DNA of 64,000 nt from Antedon mediterranea (lineage: Eukaryota > Animalia > Echinodermata): NCBI RefSeq assembly GCF_964355755.1, contig NC_092678.1:5534422-5598421 (forward strand). The letters run 5' to 3'. A program made the position numbers and the translations under genes. How positions within the stretch are numbered: position 1 is the stretch's first letter; each line of letters begins with the position of its first letter. Shown here piece by piece: positions 58,801-64,000 of the stretch. The notes under the pieces were generated by a model that was not told the origin of the DNA, did no database searches, and saw only the letters and a program-made list of their open reading frames with translations.

Positions 58801-61800
58801 AATGAAACAGCAACTAGTGTGCAGTCAGCAGCTAGGCATGGTCATAGGCTGTGTTTATATATATATTTTCACCAGTATCGCATTGCCAATGGCTGCACAA
58901 TAAACAGAAGTTGCGATGCAAATGCAGAACCATATTGCAAAATTGGGCGATTCAATTTGAATGTTAAAAAGCGTCAAAGCGATTTAAAAGTGTCAAATCT
59001 GTTAAAATGTATCAAAATCGTTAACATAAAAATGTTCATGAAAAATTACTAATCAAAATGTTGACTTGGCTACACAATTTATATTTTGATTAGCCATAAT
59101 ATTAATAGCTATGAAAACATTTTTGATGAAAATATTCCTTGCAGCACCCTACGAAAGTTGAACTCGTCTTTAATTGTTTTTTCTATCGATTAAGTTTTAA
59201 AACACAAAGTACGTTTGCATTTGTGTGTACTGTTCATTGATTTTTATATAATAATAATAATAATAATATAATAATATGGATTTAAAATCACGATTGTAAG
59301 GCATTTGATAAACAGGCAAACTGCCTTAAAGTGTATTGACATGTTTTGAGAAACTATTCTCATCAGAACAGAAAATAACGCCTAGAGTACTTATATACCA
59401 ATAGAACAGGTTGTATGTAAATGAGGAAGTAATTAGCATGATAAAGAAATTTTCATATTTAACAAATGCCTCACAATCGTGATTTTAACTCTAACGTTTG
59501 GTGGAATGATACATGATTTATCTAATATTGATTTATATAGCACATATACAAGCGTGCTCAAGGCACGTTTAAAAAAAAATGAAATTCAATATACAATACA
59601 ATTGATTTATGATGAATTAAAAGTATTCATGGTTTGCCCCATAATCCAGTTCTTAATTAATGAAAAAGATAACACAACTATTCAGAAAAAGCAATCCATT
59701 ATTTCGTATCACCAGAGGACATATTCACCATTGTAGCATAGCCAAATGTTGTGCATTTATCAGCGGTGAAGCAAAAATGCATACAAAGCTGTCTTCTACT
59801 CCGATTGATTAGCAGTTAGTTAGTGTTAATCAAAATTTATTAATGAAATGCCTCTGTGTATTGTATTTAGAAGAAATGCAATTTACATGAAACCAGCTCA
59901 GTTAATTTGGATATTTTTTTTCATAATTGGTGTAGTGAAAAGCCACTCGTAGTAAGTGCCATTCCAATAAAGTATGTTTTTTTAGCAAATTCAACATGTT
60001 AATTTCGTTTTAAATCTGTGTTGCTCAACTTTAAATTACGTCAATGAAAACAAATTGCCTGTATAGCAAATTTTTATAAATGAATCTAGTCTTTAAAATT
60101 AGTGTTAAGTAAGCCAAAAATTTGCTGTTATTGTCATAAATTTCTAATAATTGTATCGAATAATAGTTACAAATGAATATACATAACACATAGCCACAGA
60201 CCATGAAACAAATTATATAAAATTCTTATTCTTTCATTGATATGTTGATACAAGTTGATGAAAGTAATGCCAGGTTGAACGGTTTTCACAACCTAAATAT
60301 TTCTGTATTCAACTGACACGCTTCAAAATAACTTATTCTTTGTGTTTTATTATCAATATATTTTCATTATGAAATCCACTTTTTACAACAATAGTTGAAT
60401 TTTAGATGGTTATCTGTATTATCATTTTATTTGGCTTCACCAAAACCATTTTTGACTGTCACATAATCATCTTGAGATACAAACAAAACATGAATTTACA
60501 ACGTCTCACTAATAGTACAACTGTACTGTATGCCCTAGATAGAGATAGGCCTTAATATTACAGTATTATATAAAAAGGATTAAGCATAACATCGGCAAGG
60601 GTTCAAAGCTCACTCGCTCCATGGTTCTGGTGGTAGAACGATTCTTCTCGGATAAGGACTATGTTCAAACTGTAGGTCCAGTGTAGTACACAGTAGCTCA
60701 TGTGCACTTTAAAGAACCTACAGTATTACCTTTCGAGTAGGGGGTTACCCCAGTGTACTAGTACACACACAACCACTGTCACACACAGTCATTGATCATA
60801 ACTAAATGTATAACTATATTACAAAATAACTAGGCTTTGTGTTTTTAATTTGATAGAGCCTGGCAGGCAGAGCAAAGGTGTGTGAAGGATGCCCCGGGAA
60901 AGAACTGTGTCAGAAACAAGGTATGAGCTCCAAGTCCAGTAGAATTAGGTTTATAAAGTTTGAAGAGACCAGATCTATTCTTCGGGAACCTCCCACCCAC
61001 TTTCCCATTAATTGATTAGGACAAATTCTATACAAAAATTCTTTCAGCTTCTTAAAAACAATCTATTTATTGTATTATTATTATGCATGCAAATAAATAT
61101 TATTAACCATATTTGTAAATTTTAGCTGGTGGTGACCCTGATCAAGAGATGATAAATCTACGAATGAATGCAATCCAACACAAGATTTTAATTCTATCTG
61201 GAAAAGGAGGTTTGCTATACCTACATTATCAGTAGCAAGGCGGGCTTCAGGGGTGACTCGCACTAGAGCGACGTTCCGCAAACTGTGGGTCGCAGCCCAA
61301 ATTTTTGAAGGTCCGTGGGGTGGCTTGAGAAATTACGATAATGTCAGTAATTTCCTCATAAACTCCTGCATTGAAACAGATGTTATTATATATTATCACA
61401 GTTAAAAAATGTTGTAGTGACTGCAGTAGAATGATTTTGAAATGATTTCTGATGATCTGTGATTGAAATTATGTTTTTATATACTGACAGAGCTATGAAT
61501 GCAATGGTCTTTATCTATGAAAGGTAAAAGAAATATACTCAAATAAGCCTCAGTTCAGACATGAATTGACAGTCTGTCACTGTTATTTTTAGGTGTTGGA
61601 AAATCAAGCATTGCTGCTAGTTTATCTATTGCATTAGCTCAAAATTCCAAGAAGGTAGGCCTTGTTGATCTGGATATCTGTGGTCCAAGTATTTCTAAAC
61701 TGATGGCTGTGGATGGAGAGAAAGTGATGAACACACAATATGGTTGGACACCATTAAAGTGAGTATCAGTATTGGCTAAAATGTGTACGGATGTCCTCTG

Positions 61801-63224
61801 AAAGGGCTGGGACTAAATTTTAGCTTTACATCATAAATAATTGATTGTTTTGGAAATGTCAATTTTTTTTTTTCAATTCAGGTCACCTCATGAAAACGTG
61901 AAGGTCATGACAGTTGCCAATATTTTGGAACAATCTGATAACGCTGTCATCTGGAGAGGACCAAGAAAGACTCACCTCATCAAAAAGTTTATAAAAGATA
62001 CATTCTGGGGACGTTTGGACTACATTTTGTTTGGTAATGAGCTATCATTATTATTAGCCAATTAATTGATTATTTTTACCACTGTACAACTCCTCATTTG
62101 GGACACCCTATCAAGGCTATACACTTTCCTGTGGTAGGAATAATGAACAAAATATGTTTTAATTCTATGACCAACCTCTTCAATGTACTCTACTGCATTA
62201 ATTTCATTTTTTAAACTTTCAGATACTCCACCCGGTACCAGTGATGAACACCTGACAGTTGTGAGCGCTTTGAAAAATGCTAAACCGGATGGTGCTGTCA
62301 TAGTAACCACACCGCAAGAAGTTGCCTTGACAACTATTAGAAAGGAAGTCAATTTCTGTCGTAAGATGGGTATCAAGATTATTGGCATTATTGAGAATAT
62401 GAGCGGTTATGTTTGTCCGTGTTGCCAGGTAATGATGTGCCCATATATGGACATGATATCACTATCACATCATATCACTACCATATTTAAGCATATGACT
62501 ACTAGATAGATTGTTTGATAGTGTAGACAGAGAATTAGAGTATTTCTATATAGTTATAGAGCTGATTATACAACTAGAGACTTACCTAGGCAATAGCAAA
62601 TTTATGTAAAAGACTTCAGAGACACTTCAAAATGCACCGTATCGTATCTACCTTTATGCGCTGTCATTACGATTGTAATTGTTGAATTGTTTTTACAATT
62701 TTATCATTGACTGGGAAACAGGCTTTAGGGGTCTTTCTCAATCAAATCGAACATGAATGTTTAGTTTTCATGATGCTCCATGCGAAACATTGATTTGATT
62801 TCCTGTTAAGACCCTTTAGAGCGCTTTCAATTTGCGATGCGATTTGCAATTCATTGTGCACATGTGGGGAAGTTGTGATGTGCTTCCTCGCTCTCCACCT
62901 CAAACACATTTTGGATGGTTTCTAGGTCCAAAAGACAACCGACAACGCATCGATAACATGGCTTAGCTTGTTCCTAGTTCATTCAAATTTGGATAGATCA
63001 TACTACAGATTTTTAATTTCTTCAAGGCCACTTGAGTGGTATTAGTAGAACTACTCTCCCAATAAAAATCTCAGAAAACCAGGAACCAGACTTTTCAAAA
63101 GTTGCAAACCAAATACTGTTTCTTAAATTGACAGGAGGTGTCTAATTTATTCCAATACGGAGGCGCTGAAAAATTAGCTGACGAGTTAAGTTTGAAGTTT
63201 CTTGGCAGAATTCCAGTTGATTCG
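52884..63224 (+). CDS. Mrp/NBP35-family P-loop ATPase, cytosolic Fe-S cluster assembly scaffold (NUBP1/Nbp35-like); 3' end lies beyond the window
   Basis: Exons 52884-52928 ([15 protein letters not shown]), 60857-60920 ([21 protein letters not shown]), 61126-61209 (KILILSGKG), 61593-61758 (GVGKSS...DLDICGPS), 61882-62033 (AVIWRGPRK), 62223-62428 ([10 protein letters not shown]...VTTPQ...[11 protein letters not shown]), 63135-63224 (FLGRIPVD). Phases are consistent. Exon 1 assignment rests on completing the N-terminal Cys motif. Confidence 0.88.
52947..53168. repeat. TAGGCCTA/CTAG-rich low-complexity tract at the start of NUBP-like intron 1
   Basis: Dense overlapping TAGGCCTA, GGCTAG and CCTAGG palindromes. 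Confidence 0.85.
53417..53771. mobile_element. Two adjacent copies of a MITE with TIR AATAAGGTTTATCGCAAATAGCTT; the first is a near-perfect long palindrome
   Basis: 53417-53584 has arms of about 73 bp. 53601-53771 shares the left arm and the terminal repeat but has a different right interior. Confidence 0.8.
54561..55162. mobile_element. TTAA-targeting non-autonomous DNA transposon (Kolobok-like)
   Basis: TTAA|AGCGCAGGTACAGGCA ... TGCCCGTACCTGGCCT|TTAA: imperfect 16-bp TIR with AG...CT ends and a TTAA duplication. Confidence 0.7.
55515..55970 (-). mobile_element. LINE 3' fragment in NUBP-like intron 1
   Basis: APRYL...TRS...[21 protein letters not shown], with an (AAAT)n tail on the minus strand at about 55515-55535. 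Confidence 0.78.
56092..57267. mobile_element. Non-autonomous Helitron/Helentron-like element
   Basis: One end is ACTAG plus the hairpin ACCCGCCC-CA-GGGCGGGT. The other end has (ACAAACAG)n and TTATAATATAGAT. An internal repeat CATTTTGATACC.CATA.GTA occurs at about 57007 and 57170. Confidence 0.6.
60590..60790 (+). mobile_element. SINE-like remnant
   Basis: B-box-like GGTTCAAAGC followed by CTCGGATAAGGACTA...GCACTTTAAAGAACC...GAGTAGGGG, a core resembling invertebrate tRNA-derived SINEs (from memory of such families). Confidence 0.5.
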
Positions 63225-64000
63225 GTAAGTATGATTAAATATGTTAATTGCATGATTTATATACATGGTAATTAATTTTGTGAATTTATGTGGCACACAA
63301 AAATATACAAAAACTATATTTTGTTAACGGCATTGTAAAAAAAAAAAAAAATTCCCAATTCGTTTTTTCACGCTGCTGCTCTAGCCCGCTACGTTACACG
63401 AGATGACTCATTCATTAGATGAAATCAAGCAGCTTTATAGTACTACACTTTGACATTTTTGTTAAAACGCCACTATAATTTATTGGTACCACCTGTTGAA
63501 TCCAAAAATGGCTGAGAAAAGAGTCTAACGACAAATCCCAAAGCATTCTGGTATTTATGAGTCCCATGATATAATTCGCTGTCAGATAATCATTGAATTA
63601 TTATCAAAACAGTCAATTGAAGTTTTTGTTTGTAATAGGATACTTGAAGTATCTAGGCGTGATGAAGTGACCCCCAGACTTGACCTTAGCAATAACAATA
63701 AGCGAGCAGCGTTTTTTGTAAGAAATATTCTTGTTTAATGAGATTTAAATAGATTCCTTATCACCATTGTTTATTGACACACCAAAACTTATAATGCTTA
63801 TCTAAAATTAAGCAACTTGGAAAAGTGATACTGGGAGAATTTATGAAAACATAGCCAAACAAAAGGTGTACCAAACAATAAATGGAGAGTGTCTTTGACA
63901 TCTGCATGTATAGTAATCAAAGGATACAGTTTTTTCCAGACATGCCAAATGATAAATTTATACATATTATATCGAGATGTTTTTTTTCCTTATCAAAAAC

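Overview
AT-rich, intron-containing animal genomic DNA with GT-AG introns and many MITE, LINE and minisatellite insertions. A marine invertebrate such as an echinoderm is plausible, but that is inference only. Gene order: two tandem four-exon SLC16/MCT-family transporter genes (minus strand, 1.1-11.1 kb); a roughly 32-exon GTF3C1/TFIIIC large-subunit gene (+, 15986-39720) whose introns hold several minisatellites; a truncated LINE reverse-transcriptase remnant; three tandem intronless orphan rhodopsin-class GPCRs (+, 43-51 kb); and the 5' part of a divergent NUBP1/Nbp35-type Fe-S scaffold gene (+, from 52884, running off the window) with a TE-stuffed first intron of about 8 kb. There are no prokaryotic features or CRISPR arrays. 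Best leads: (1) the GPCR triplet has a basic, non-aminergic pocket (K3.29/H6.51/R7.39) with homogenised intracellular and diversified extracellular parts; (2) decayed GTF3C1 3' sequence lies between the GPCRs and marks the duplication unit; (3) a minimal hammerhead ribozyme motif sits in sense orientation in an MCT intron; (4) the NUBP paralogue has atypical cysteine motifs; (5) several insertions or duplications copy splice sites. None is proven to be a new system from sequence alone.
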